Source: Elsinoe ampelina
Lineage: Eukaryota
Assembly: GCA_010093995.1 (NCBI GenBank)
Contig: ML992509.1
Coordinates: 103,588-167,587, forward strand
Reading direction: 5' to 3'
DNA: 64,000 nt
Positions 11,276 through 25,750 of the stretch are shown in pieces; position 1 is the stretch's first letter; each line of letters starts with the position of its first letter. A program made the translations under genes and the position numbers. The notes under the pieces are model-generated. The model worked only from the letters and a program-made list of their open reading frames with translations, did not search any database and had not been told where the DNA came from.

Positions 11276-13418
11276 TTAGTTATTCTCTCTACTTTATATA
11301 CCTCTTTAGATTTATTAATCTTCTATAGGAGCCTTAGTAGATTAAGTAATCTAATTAGTTTTAGTTAAGGCTATTTCTCTAGCTTATAGAACTAAGTTTT
11401 ATTAAATCTAATATCTCTTATTCTAATAACCTTCTTAGAGACTAGTATAAAGATTCTAAATATATTAGTTAAGTTATAACTAACTAGATAGCTAATATAA
11501 GCCCTTAGTATAAGCTTATTACTACTTATAATAAGCTTATCTAAAGTATAAGCTTTATATCTAAGTAGCCTAAGATAAGTAACTAATAGAGGACATCTAT
11601 AAACTAGCTTAAAGAAAGTCTTCTAGTTTAGCTTCTTAAGAGGTGTTCTATTAATTAGATAGGCTACTAATCTATATAGTTTAGAGTATAATTCCCTTAG
11701 TAGATTAGCAAAGATAGTAATTACCCTTACTCTCCTTAATAGCATAGCTCCTATCCTTTCATTATAACTATTCTAAGCTTAAGTATAGAGAGTAGATAGC
11801 TTATAATAGATTCCTTTACTATCTAGGAAGATAGTAAATTTAAGGCTAAAAGCTCTCTTATTATTACTTCTAAGAAATCTAATTTTAAAGCTAAGATTGC
11901 TTTTAATATAAATAATTATCTTAATATAGATTTTATTAATCTTATATCTATAAGTATAGGTAGTAACTAGTTAATAGTTAGTAGTTCTATAAGTAAAATA
12001 GCTTATATATCTTACCTTATTATAGCTAGTAAATCTATTAATAATAATGTTAAAGGTAGTTCTTTTAAATAGCTTTAATATAGCAATTTTAGTGTCTAAG
12101 CTCCTTAATATAATTTGCTAAGTATTTAATAGCTTACAAGTCTAATATAGAGACCTAAGATAAATTAGTTAAACTAAGCTAGGCTTAGTTAGAGTTAGTT
12201 TACTACTAACTATAGCAGTTAGAAGGTAATTAACAGATTCTAAGCTTAGATAGCCTATAACTTTATACTAAGACTAATTAGTCCTTATAGTAACTATAGT
12301 AAAGATAGATAGTTAAGAATTCTTATTCTTCTTTAATACTATAGAAGTAATATAGGAAGCTTTAGAGTTATTCTCTAGTATATATTAGTTATACTTTAGT
12401 ATAACTAAGAAAAGCACTCTTCCTTTATAGCTAACCTCTATAGTTTAAATATTCTAATAAACTCCACTATTAACAAACCTCCTAAGGCTAACTAGATTAG
12501 TTATAATTAATAGTATATAGGCTACCTTTATAAGATAGATAGTTATAGACTTTCCTTTATAAAGAGCTATAATATTAATAGTTCTCTAACTCTTAATACT
12601 AAGTAAGGTATTACTATAGAATAGCTTCTTATAAAGTTCTATAATTCTAGTAACCTTATATCTATCCTTTATAGTATAATTATAAATATAATTAGTTACT
12701 CTAGAGTCTAGTATCTATAAGCTTAAGATGTTACTAGTAGCTAAAATAAATACTAAGTATAATCCTATAGTTATAGCTATATTAATTAGCACTAGTAGAG
12801 TTAACCTCTTCTAATGTTATACTTCTTTAGTAAGGATAGTATTAATTCTCTCTTTAAGCGTCTTATTATTTAGCCTTTATCTAATCTCCTTTATAGTCTA
12901 CTAGTTTAGTGTCTATCTATCTAGCCTTATATACTTATTTAAGTAATAGTACTTACTCTACTTATGCTAGCCTTAATATATATACTTAGGCTCTCTAATA
13001 GAACTAGGTTTCTTATAAAGAATATTCTTAGTAGCTATAGAGAAGGCTATAGCTCCCTTACTAGTCTTTATAGTATTATATAGCTTATAAAGCTTATAGA
13101 ACTATCTAAATTTAGTAATTAGTTTAAGCATAGTTAGTAGAGTTAGTAAATCTAGATTAATAAGATACTTATTAGTAAATACTAATTTAGTTTTAGAGAT
13201 AGAAAGTAAGAAGTCTCTCTATAGCCTTAAGCCTTAAGCTTCTAGTAGATTATAATTCCTAGCCTTATCTATAACCTCTTTCTATTACTAAAGCTAATAG
13301 TCTATATTCTATAAGGAAGAACTAGATAGCTACTTTCTCTAGAGTGCTTTAACCTTAAGCTAAATAGCTATATTAGATAGAGTAAATCTATTCTTTAAAG
13401 CTTAAAGAATAGTCTATA

Positions 13419-13640
13419 TATTATAGTAGATACTATAGTAGACACTACGGCAGATACTATAGTAGACACTATAGTAGATACTATAGTAGGTACTATAGTT
13501 AAGGCTATAGCAGGTACTATAGTAGGTACTATAGCTAATACTAAGGCTTAGTAAGCCTCTATCTGCTAGAGATAGCCTAGTAGTCTTCCTAATAATAATA
13601 CCTTACTACAGTTATAAGCTTCTAAGCTAAGTACTTAATA
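13419..13640 (+). repeat. Gypsy 5' LTR (222 bp) containing a 12-bp tandem array (YACTATAGTAGR)
   Basis: Near-identical to 26305-26526. Confidence 0.92.
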
Positions 13641-15449
13641 AGTAGTAGCATCGTTTAGATTCCTTAATTCTAATACCTCTAGGTAGTAATACTCTATAAT
13701 TTCCTTATATAAGCTAACACTAAGGCAGTATACTAGCTATAGTTAACAATTGCTTATAACATAGCTAAGCTAAGTATTAAGACTTAATAACTCTATTATA
13801 CTATAACCTAGAGCACTTATTAAGCAACTAGTTATAACCTTGTAATTACTTACTATAGTATAGACTAAGGCTAGGCTTAACTTACATTAGCCTACTAAGG
13901 ATCCACCTAAGCTATACTAATACGCGCGAGCCTTTAGAACGGCTCGCTAGTAAACTAGTATTAATAGTAGAAACGACAAGTACAATTTTATAGTATCTTA
14001 TTACCCTAGAACGCGTCTAGGTAGCTCTAGACGTAGGAGCCGAATTTGACCTATATATTATCGAGACAGTATTCTACCTTAGTATATACGCTTCTAAGGT
14101 ATTAGAGTAGCACCTTACTAAGAAGAATCTAGCTATTATATAAGTTGTTAATCGAATAGCGGCAAGTTTTATAACCCGGCCTTTATTAAAGGCTAAGGGT
14201 AAGAAGCTAGCGCTATATAACTAGCTACTAGACGGCTATCCTAAGAACTAGCTTTTAACTACGAACTCTCTCTCGGTAGTAATTCGTAAGTTTACTAAGG
14301 CTCTATATATAGCTATTAAATAAACCCTATTAAGGTTAGAAGAGGTAATAAGGGCAGATAATATCCTAGGTTAGTAAGAGTAGGTAGATTAGTAGTCGAG
14401 CACTACTCTACGATTATTAGATACTTACGCCGAGCCTAGCGATTAGGTGTAAGTAAAGTTACTACTAACTAGAGCTATATCGCTAGCGAATTTACTACTA
14501 GTTAGAGCTTAACTAACTAGAGCTTCGACACTAGCGAAGTTACTACTAACTAGAGCCTCGCTAGGTATACTACTAAGTATAGGTAGCCTCCTAACGTTCT
14601 TATAGTAGGCAAGAATCTAATCGATCTTATCGACTCTTCCCCCCTTAACCTCTAGCTTACTAGAACTAGAAGAAGTACCGTTGTCTACTTTAGTGCCTAT
14701 AAATCTTAGTAGAGAATAGAGTTCTAAGTTATTATAAGCTTCTTCTATAAATATGTAGATTTTTTATTCTTCGGAATTGCCCGAAATCTTCTTCTATTAA
14801 AAGGTCTGCTATTGCTTCTTTAAAGGCTATTATAAAGGCCCTAACCTCTCTATAATAAATAGAAAGCTTATTAAGTTCGCTAATATAAGTAATACAATCT
14901 ATATCGACCGTCTCTCGGCTAGCCTAAACAATAAAGACAACGCTCTTAATCGAGAATAAGGCTGTAACTAGCCTCCTTTAAGCGATATAAGACCTAGTTA
15001 TTAGAGGCACTACTATGTCTATTCCGATAACGCCGGCTAAATAGTTATACCTCCTAAGCACCTCGAACTACTACTAGTAACTATATTATAGGCATAGTAG
15101 AACTAACTCCTAAACTATTTAAGAACTATAGAGAGTAAAATTCGTAAGGATAAACGTAATAAGTTTATTAATTACAATTGTAAGCGCCGACTTATATAGG
15201 CAAACCTTAGTACCTAGAACTATAGAGCCTAGGACTAGAGAGCCTAGGAATAACTAAATCGCTCTATAACCGGCTATAAGCGCTAGACTAAGCAACAAGT
15301 TCCGTAACTACCTTAGAAGTTCTAACGCTATAATTAGGCTTAAGAGAACATAAAACGCTCGAGGCAACACTAGACACGCTAACTCTTACCTCTATCTAGC
15401 GATAATAGCTTTAGCTCTTCTAGCTTAGCTAGATTAGATAGCTCCCGCT

Positions 15450-18400
15450 ACTATAAAGATAAATACTATAGCTGTCGATATAGACATCGACGTAGGTATA
15501 AGCGCCCTTTAAGATATAAGGATACAAATTTAGTATTAGACTCCTATACTAATAATAACGAGATAGAGTATAGATAGAAGAAGCAAAAATACTACGCTAG
15601 CCTAGCTACTATCGGTTACTTTTAGCCTAATATAAACGCCGCTAAGAACTAGAAAACTATAGTAGTAAGTCAATTTTAGGCTATTAAGAATATATATCTA
15701 TTTCTTAATTCTATAAAGGACTTTACTTATACCTATTTATCCTAGGATGTCCGCTACAATCTAAATCTCTACTTTAAGAGAGACGCTAGTTTATAGTAGA
15801 TAGAAGAGCTTACTAACAGTAACTATAAATATCTCCGTAGAGGTTATAGTATTAAGAGATTAGCAAATGCTATAATTAAGTAATTTAAGACTAGCAACTC
15901 TAAGGCTTAGAGATTATTAAACAACGAAAAATTTAATAAGTATAGTCTAGCGGAGAATTGTACCTTATAAAACTACGTTCTTACTATTGTTCGCTACTAT
16001 CGAGACGCAGGCATTAAAGACACCTATAGCTAGCTAATATAAGCCTAGTTCCGTCTTAAGGACAGCTTCTAGCTCTATATCGATAAGCCTAATAACATAA
16101 CTACTATTAACTAGTTTATTAAGCGTATAGAGGCTAAGGTTAATACCCTCTATTATAACTTTAGTAAGCTAAGCTACACTGTAAATACCGAAGGTAGATA
16201 GCGATCTTTAGAGTAATCTAGCACTACGAACAATTGTAGGCTATAGGAGTAAAGAAGGCCTACTACTAGAGGACCTCTACCTAGAGCTAACTTATAGTAG
16301 AACTACTTTCTAGCTACGCCTACCCTAATAGCGTACCGCTCTCCTTACCTATACCTCTACCTTCTCTATAGCTTTATACTAAACGTAAATATAACTAGCC
16401 TAACGTACTAGAGAACTATAGAGATAGTATAGTAACTATTTACGCCGAACTCTAATAACGCTAACTATAGAAACGTCTTAAGCCTAGTACTACTATAAGG
16501 CGAAGTAAAGACTAGCTAGCAAAACACCTCTAACCTGAACTAAGGCTAGAATTAGAACTAGAATAATCGCTATTCTAACAATAGGCTATTTAGCAACTAG
16601 AACTATAATAGCCCTAACTATAGTAATCGCTAGTATAGTTAGGAATATATCCTCTATAGCCCTCGTCTATATTTCTCGCCGAGCGCTAGCTACTAGAACT
16701 ATCCGCCGAGAGTTAGCGCGTACTATAGTAGTTCTAAATTCTACGCCCTACTAGAAGAACCTTTCGACCCCTACTTCGATTCTTATCTATACGACGACCT
16801 AAACGCTTACTAGAGTTACTATAGTAATAACTATAGTTTATACTAACCTAATAATAACTAGTACAACTAGGATAAAAGAGCTAGGTATAATAGAGAGGCA
16901 CTACTAGAGGCTATAGCTAAGACCGACTATAAGAATATAGCACCTAAGCCTTAGGAGCTAGATAGAGTTAGTAGTTTCTTTATAGTAGTAGGAATTAGCA
17001 CTCCTAACCGGGAGCTACTAAGGCTCGAGGCACTAAGCTTAGAGGAGCTACTTAGCGTTAAAGCAGCGACAAAGGTTAACTATAACATAATGCCTAAAAC
17101 TATTAAGACCTTACTAACGCCCTCTAAGCTACTATACCCCTATAAGACTTATACCTTTATAGCTAGATCTAGTAACGAGCTTTACGCCTACATTAGGCAC
17201 GAGTACTTAGAGCTAGTCCTAGATAAGCTAGCTTTAGAGGCACTAGCTATAGTAATAACTAAGTCCTTCGTAGCTATACCTTAGAATATCCCTATATTGC
17301 TCTATACTCTTAAGAAAGCCGACACCTAAGGATATAACTACCGTAAGTAGCGCTTTATAGAAATAGTAATAACTCTCTCTATATTAGATGTGTCTTAGCT
17401 TAGAGTGTTTAACATAGGCGCGGGCATCTCCTAAATCGATAGTACCTTAGTAGATAAGTATAAACTCTAACGCTATAGCTTAAAACAACTAATCTATATT
17501 AATAGCATCGGCGGAATAGTAGTAACCTTCGAGTATACTAAGACTATAGTATATATACTAGCTTACCGAAACGGGGAGAATATCTAGTTACTATTCGATA
17601 TTAAGCTATATATTACTAACAAGCTCGAACCTAGTATACTACTAGCAACTAATGTTATAGGCGACTATAGCGTAGTTATCGACTTTAATAATAAGAGCGT
17701 ATACTTTAAAGCCTATCTTAACTACTATATTCCTGTCTCTATTAAATGCTATAATAGAGAGAAAATTACAAGGAGTATATTAGTTTAGGCTACTACGATA
17801 TACGCTCTGTCTCTCTACACCGGAGCTATAGTCGGTATCTACATTAACTACGCTCTTCCTAATAATATATACCTTTTTACTCTCTATAGATAGAGAGTAG
17901 AATTTAGTCCTATAGCTCTAATAGTAAAAGCGTTAGTCTACGCTACGCTAACGAACTAAGATTTTAAGGCAATCTATATATATAATAACACTAACTTTAC
18001 TATAGTAGTCTCTAAGGATACTTAAGTCGGCACTCTTAGCTCTATAGACTTTAACGGTATATATTAAATCTCCAAGACAGATTTTAGTTTTATAGAATAA
18101 TTTACACCTGTTAATACTAGCTATTACGAGAGTCTAGAGTCTTAACTATTAAACGAAGTAACTATTTATAGCGAAGAATAAGCCTTAAAGGAGCTTTCGG
18201 CCTTAGTAATAAAGTATAAACGCCTCTAGGTTAATAAAGGCATAGTAGTTAAAGTACCGAAAGAGCTATATATAAAGATACTTCTAAAGCTAGAATAGAA
18301 GAAGAAGACACTACTAACTAAAGCATATCTAGCCTTAAAACCAGCCTAGAAGATTATCAACAATACTATAGATAAGCTTTATAGAGAGAGTAAGGCTAGT

Positions 18401-21400
18401 TAGTCTATATAGTATACTCTATTTAGCTTTCTAGTCTTTATAGTATAGAAAAACGTTATAGATGACAATAGGGAGCCTATCTATAAGAGCTATATAGTAA
18501 TAGACATCTGCGGCCTTAATAAGATATTAGAGAAGAACTTGTACCCTATACCGCTCTAGTTCGATATTATCTCCTAGTTAAGTAGAGCTTTATATATTAG
18601 TGTTATAGACGCTGTCTCTTTCTTCTACTAATAGCTAGTCGCGGAAGAAGACTATTATAAGCTTACTATTAATACCTCTCGAGGACAAGAACACCTTAAT
18701 ATTACCTCTATAGGCTACTATAATAGCGTATAATACGTCTAAAGGCGCTTAGACGCTATTCTCTATAGCCTTTATAAGTTTATATAAGCCTATATTAACG
18801 ATATCTTTACGCGCTCTACTACTCTAGATAACTATCTAAACTACCTAGAGTAGTTGTTTAAGCTACTAGACGATATAGATGTTAGCCTTAGCTCTAGTAA
18901 AACCTTCCTAGGCTATTCCTCTATAACTATTCTAGGTTATAAGGTCTCTAGCTTAGGCTTAGCTACCTATAAGAACCGCATCTAAGCACTTCTAGATGTT
19001 GCCTTTCTAGAGACTCTAAAGAATCTAAAGCACTATCTAGGACTTACCGAATGTATATATACGACAATTCTATACTACGCCTAGATTATAGAACTACTAT
19101 AGGCTCTAAAAACTGCTCTACTTAAGGCCTTACCTAGTAATAAAGGAGAGGCGCGTAAAGCCTATAGCTATAAAACTCTAATTATAGCCGTACTTACGGA
19201 CAAAGTTCGTGCTAATACTCTTACTATCTATAATACTCTCCGCGAGCAATTTAAGGACCTTAGTTTCCTTTACTACTATAACTCTAACCGCCGACTCTAC
19301 GCCGACGTCGATAGTAGCTACTAGTAGAGCTATAGTGCTATAGTCTATATAGTTAAGAGTGACCTCGATCTAGTTATAGAAGATAGTAAGGCTGCTTACT
19401 TCCCTAACTTCGATCTTAAGGTAATTACTTTCCTTAGTAAAGGGCTAAACACAGCTAAGAAGAACTACTAGTCTACTAAGCTAGAGGTTATAGGCGTAGT
19501 CTAGCTCTTATATCGAATCTACTATATAGCCGAAGTAAGTACTACACTACTTGTCGTTTTTACTAACTATTATACTATAGTTACACTATTAAAGTAGTTA
19601 AGCCTAATAACTATAACTAGCGTCGACAAACTTAACTTATAACTAGTTAGAGCTTTATAATACCTTTCCTAATTTAATCTCGACGTTCGCTATCGCCCTA
19701 GACATATATATAAGGTACTTAACGCTCTAAGTTACTTAATAGAAGATTACTCTAAGGTAGACAAAAACAAGCCTAATACTCTCGACCTATTTTCGTATAA
19801 CTGTACTATAGTCTAAATAAAGAATCCCTTTAAGAACGAGCTCTATAAGGCACTAGATAATAACGAGAAGTATAGACCTATACTAGAGAAAGCTAAAAAA
19901 GTAAAGGAAATTAGAATTAAGGTTATAAATAGTAAAGATACGAAAGATAATATATCTCTTAACTTACCTTTCTTCCTTAAGGATAGTCTCCTCTACTTCT
20001 ATAATAACGGCAACTGTTTCGACTACCTCTATATTCTCTAAGCTATAGTCTAGGAAGTGTTTAAAATAGCCTATAATAACAAGTTCTATTCGGGTTTCTA
20101 TTAAACTATAGAACGACTTAGAACTAGTATCTATATCCGCGGACTAACTAAGAAACTAAAAAAGTACATTAAACATTATAAGATCTACTACCTTAATTAG
20201 ACTACGCGCTATAAGTCCTATAGCGAGCTTCGTCTAGTAGTTACCCCGAATGTCTCGTTCTATACTATAGTAGCGAACTTTATAACGGATCTACCTATAA
20301 TAAGGTCGAACAAGGATTTAGTTATATCTATAACTAATAAGGCCTCTAAACGTATACTTCTAGTACTAGGTAGAAAGGACTAGACTATAGACAACTAGGT
20401 ATATATATAGTTAGACATAATCTTCTACACTAGATAGAATATACTAGTAGAGTTTATATTAGATAGGGATCCTAAGTTCCTATTAGAATTCTAGACTATA
20501 GTATTTAAGAAACTATATATACGAATACTAACATCTATAGCCTACTATCTATAAATAGATAGGTAGTTAGAACGAACTAATTAGACTATAGAACTTACCT
20601 TCTAAATGTTTATAGCCGAGAACTCTAATAGTAACTAGGAGAAGATTATTCTCTATATTATAGTATTCTATAATAACGCCTATAACTCCTTAACTAGAGT
20701 ATTGCCTAATAAGTACCTTTACGGATTCTAGCTCTATACCGACTCGGTCTAGCTTATGTTAGAGCTTAACTAGGAAGATTAGGTATAGCTTTAAGCTAAA
20801 GTAAGAAAAGCTACTAAAGACTTACTATACTTTGCCTAACGTTAGATAAAAGCATAATACGATGCTAAGTATAAGTAAATCACCTTTAAGCTAGGCGACA
20901 AGGTTTTCCTTCGTCTTAGATATAAATACTAGTTAGTAGTACCACTAGGGAAGCTTAGACCTCGACGAGCTAGACTATTTAAGGTAGAGAAATATATTAG
21001 AGAGTTAGCTTACAAATTAGCAAACATCGGAGACTTAGTTTAGCTAAAGAACATCTACCCTATAGTGTCGGTAGTCTAGTTAGAGAGAGTACTATAGGAT
21101 AAGGACCCCTTTAGTAGGACAGTAGTAGAACTAGAACCGGTATAAACTATAGACGACACTATAGACGAGAGAGATACGTATAAAATCGATATACTTATTA
21201 ATAAGAGAATACTATAGAAGAAAGGCAAGGCTATTACATAATATCTAGTATAATAGAAGAGTTATAGCGTGTAATACGATGCTTAGTACAACAAGGAGAA
21301 TTTAAAAGATATAAAGGGTTTAATAGAGAAATACGACGCTTGTTATTCTAGACAAAGATTAAGGATTAAAGGCAGACTAAAAGGAAGAAGAGAGATAAGA

Positions 21401-21410
21401 TAGGCCTAAT
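15450..21410 (+). pseudogene. Gypsy gag-pol pseudogene (many RIP stop codons); boundaries approximate
   Basis: gag-like IGYF*P (~15610); protease FNIGAG (~17408; cf. DTGA); RT AYINDI (18788-18805; cf. YIDD); RNase H LYADVDSS (~19295) and NY*STKLE (~19463); integrase FILDRDPKF (~20453) and AYYL*IDR*LERTN*TIE (~20540; cf. AYHPQTDGQSERTNQ); chromodomain YKI..LINKR...YLV**KSY (~21180-21270). Confidence 0.85.
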
Positions 21411-21649
21411 AATTACTTTTCTTTATTGCTATAACTATATTATTATATCTCCTTACTAAATTTCTCTTTAATCGGTAAAATTTTTATACTATAGTAAATA
21501 CTATAGCGGGGACTCTAGATGCTAGCTTTATATACGGTCTTAGCGCGCTACCCCTCTAACCTTAAAGCTAAAACATAGTAAACACACTAACATTAACACT
21601 ACTAGCTATACTTACGCCTTTTTATATAGTATACACTACCTAATTATTA

Positions 21650-24600
21650 CCTTCTCTAAGCTCTCTATTAACTATAGTAACGGATATCTACTCGCTAGAT
21701 TCTCTAGGCTATACTAAGGGGAAGAAGGCACCTTCTAAGCTATCTACCCTCTCTAAGAATAAGCAATTAAGAGACTACCTTTCCTTAACTAGCTATAAAT
21801 ATAAGAAGCTTAAGAAGAGTATATACGATATTCTCTAACTCTCTAAAGATAAATACGACGCCCTTATAGAAAATAATATACTATATTACTCTACTCTCTA
21901 TATCGTAGTTATATATACCTTAACCGCGGAAGAAGTACTATTATTAATCTAATCCCCTAAGGGTTTTATATACTACGTCCTAAATAATAGAATTAAAAAC
22001 GCTACTATAGCTACTATAGTACTAGGAGACGTAGGTCTAAACCGGAAGAAAGTCTAGAAATTTCTTCGCCTACTAGACTTGCCTACTATATCTACTTCGC
22101 TAATCTATTTAGTATTACTCGAATGCCGCGCAAAAGGTAAGGTGTTAATAGCGGACTAGATTATAGCTATAGAGGCCCGGGGTGTTTCTAATATAATAGT
22201 AGTAATAGAGGTAAGTAGAATAGATAACCCCGAAGGTATAGTAGACATTAGGAAGTACCTTAGAGACAAGGCAAGCGAAGTAGAGCCTACGATAGAGGAC
22301 TAATAGACAATTTTCAAAAGGTAAAAGGCTTTTATAGAGCTATAGAGAGTCTTACGTACGACTAATCTAAAAGGGGGCTATATAAAGGAGCTAGTAGATT
22401 ATATAACCTAGCTAGTAGAGATCTACGAAGGGCTAATAGATGTGTCTTTACTATTCTACACTAGTAGCTACTTAGACTACAAAGTTAGCTACTGTCTCTA
22501 TTATAGTAAAGTAGACTATATAGTTGCTAATAAAGGCAAGAACGTTATACTCTATATTAAGTTCTTTAATCTACGCTTTATAGACGTAGTAGACCGACAC
22601 CTCTTTAAGATAGACCTGCGTACTTACTTTAGGTCTCTCTACTACGCTCTAGAGACTAATATTCGACTACTAAAGTTTCTAATATAGTACGTAAAGCTAG
22701 AAGCGCCTTTCTCTACCTTAGAGGCTATCGTAGTATAATAGCCTATTAAGTCTATAACATATCTAATTATATAGCTACTAGCCTATATCTTGTTTTTTCT
22801 TAACTTAATACTAATCTCCGAAATGGAACTAATATAGTACCTTATAGTCTTTAAGGTGCTAGAGCTAAGTAGCACTATAAAGGCCTTATTTAGTTAGGTA
22901 GCCTTAGACGAATAGAACATTAAATCGCCTAAGATCCCTACTTTAGTTATTTTTAACATACTTATCCCTTTCGATGCTAAACAATTAACGTTTATATACT
23001 AGCTTACTATTAAGTTCGGCCTAATATTTCTAACCTTAAAAGAGACTACGGAATTTCTTAATTAGTAAAGGCACGTAGCGGCGAAGCTTGTTACTAACTA
23101 GATATATAACTAGGAGTAAGCGGAAGGTAAGAAGAGAGCCCTAAGAAGAATAGTAATAGAGGATTAGAACGTAAGTATACTAAACGTAGTAAGAGTTATT
23201 AGACTAGGCGAGTAGAGGCATATTAATAATATTAGAATAATAGTATTAATAGAGGAACTTATAGACGAGTTAAGAGAGGAGAAGCTTATAGTTACTTATA
23301 AGAACATACGCTCCTTAGAAGGAACATCCTAATGCGTAGTAGACCTATTAGCCGAGCTTAGAATTAACTCTAGTAATAAGTAGTTAGGCTATTAAACCTA
23401 CCTAGTCTTCTTAGCTCTAGAAGGCTATACCTTAGAGGAAAGGACAATTAAGGGATAGATAGAATAGGTTAAGAATAACAATATTAGTAGATATAATAAA
23501 CATATAGTGTTTAAGGTAGTACTAGAAGCTAGACTTTATAAAGATACACTATATAACGCTAATACTATCTACGACTCCTTCCTAGCTATAGAGTATATCC
23601 CTCGTAAAATAGACAACTTTAAGAATAGCTCCGTAAGATTAGATACAATGCTTATATAGCTAGGCTCTACTCTATAGAGGGGAGTAGTATAGTTCGATAT
23701 TGCTATAACAACTATAGAGATCTCTTATATCGCACAACGTAATAATAAAGACTCTACTATATTAACTTAACACAATTCGTAGCTATATATATAGCTACGT
23801 AGAATCGATATTAACACTAGAATCGCCTAGGCAATTATAGTCTAATCTACTCTATCTACTAAAAATATTAACTAACACCTAAGAACTAAGCTCGATTACT
23901 AGCCCTATAAATTTAACTTTCTAACCCTTTTTACAACTACTACGGTCAAAGCTATAGCAACTAGCATAGCTGTTATACATAGGTAAACTCTAGATATTAG
24001 TCTAGCTCTAGTAGGAGAGTATAAGGAAATAGTTTACATCGATAGTAGTACCTAAATTATCTATGTTAAATACGTTTACGACGCCTTCTAAAGCTTAGTT
24101 ACGCCTAACGCTATGCCTCCTACTAGCGTCTATAACATAAGCAACTTTATCCTTAGCTAAATTATTAAGCTTATACGTAAGAAGATAATCTTAGGAACTT
24201 AGTATAGTAAGGTCTACCTAGACATCTTCGAGAATAAAGTACTTAGATTGTCCTATAAAAACATAAACCTACTCTACTTCTATATCTCTCCGAGGGATAA
24301 TACTTAGAGGGTTTCGGTCCTCTATAGCGTCTACGTACTAGGCGGAATATAGGTCCGGGACTATAATATCTTATAAGTTAATAGGAGGGACATAATTAAG
24401 TCTAACTAGCGCCTACTCTTTTATAATAATTAATTAGACCTTTTCGAGCTATATAAAGGCTATATCGACCTAAAGAAGATCTATATCCCTACTATTATTA
24501 ACTATAGGTCCGTCGATAAGCTATATATTAAGCTCCTATAATAGATCGTAGACTACGCTAGGCCCTAGGTTAACCTAGTTACTAAATATATTTACGACAA

Positions 24601-25750
24601 AATTAAGAGTTTTATAAGCTCTAGGGAGGCCATATACGATTTTAACGATCCGAAGTCCTTAAACAAGGACGGCACCTAGGCTAACATATTTAACAACAAT
24701 TGTCGTAAGTAGAAGTATACTAGTAACTCGATCTATACTAGCGCCTCTATCTCTAGGGACTCTTCGCCTAATAACTATACCTTATTCTCTATAAAACTTA
24801 AGGATAAGCCTATAGCCGGTTTTACCTACCTCTACTTAGTAAATAACTAGCATAGGCTACCTCGTTATAAAGAGGTAGTACTAGAGGAGAGCTATAGTAG
24901 AGCGTTAGCCTTAGGCGCGGAATTTAACTCTAAGGTAGATATAACTAGAGTTAAGTTCGAAGGAACTATCTCTAACAATAATAACGACCTAATAGTACTA
25001 TCTAACCTATAGCTCCTAAGCTTTATTAACTTTGTTAATAGCACTTTTATTATAATAAAAGCTTATATAGCTAAGGGTAAGAACTTTAACACTAGCTTAA
25101 TAAGTAACTCCCTTATTAAACTCCTAACTAATACCGCTAACAAGTTCGATATAGACCTAGCCGACTTTAAGGGCTTTCTAGTAACCTATACTAAGCTTCT
25201 TAAGAGTAACCTAGCCGACCTAAAGGTCGAGAAGAAAATGTATACTATAATCTAGCACATCGAAGAAGCCTTTGTATAAAAGGCCTTCTAATAAAGGAGC
25301 GCGGCTACTTAGCCTAAGTTAAGTATCTAGCTACCTCTATATAAGCGTATATAGCTCCTAGAGACTCCCTATTAGTCTATCTAAAGGAGCACTCTCACCT
25401 CTAAGAGATTTATTATACTAGGCACTATTAGTAAGAGCGATAAAGAAAAAGTAGCTAGGATCGATATAATGCCTACCTATAATCTCCTCGAGTATAAGAA
25501 CTATATTAGACGTAAGAAGATTAAGATAGCTAGTCTAGTAGCTAAGACAGCGGCGTAGAACTTTAAGAAGCGCTACTTAAAATTCAAGCTTAAGTCTATA
25601 TAGGATAAGGAGATACTAGGGAGTAGCCTAGCTAAGTATAGTAGTAGCTTTAGTTCTTATAAGAGATAGAGGTATAACACCTATACATCTACCGACTACT
25701 ATAGCTTACTCTTCTAAGTCCTTTAATACGCGTTTAACTATGTTAATAAG
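21650..25750 (+). pseudogene. Extra RIP-degraded coding-like region of unknown family between gypsy pol and the 3' LTR; boundaries approximate
   Basis: Long + strand stretches translate to protein-like text broken mainly by TAA/TAG (e.g. VYLDIFENKVLRL; LDLFELYKGYIDLKKIYIP; ANKFDIDLADFKGFLVTYTKLLKSNLADLKVEKKM); includes the 22442-22687 ORF. Confidence 0.55.

Noticed and set aside
13424..13535. Regular short repeats superficially like a CRISPR or satellite array (also 26310-26420 and 11150-11275)
   Set aside because: Head-to-tail 12-bp units with no unique spacers, lying inside retrotransposon LTR or pol sequence in a eukaryote.
17090..17284. Short open ORFs within the AT-rich block (also 22442-22687)
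   Set aside because: Chance stop-free fragments of RIPed retroelement frames, not independent genes.
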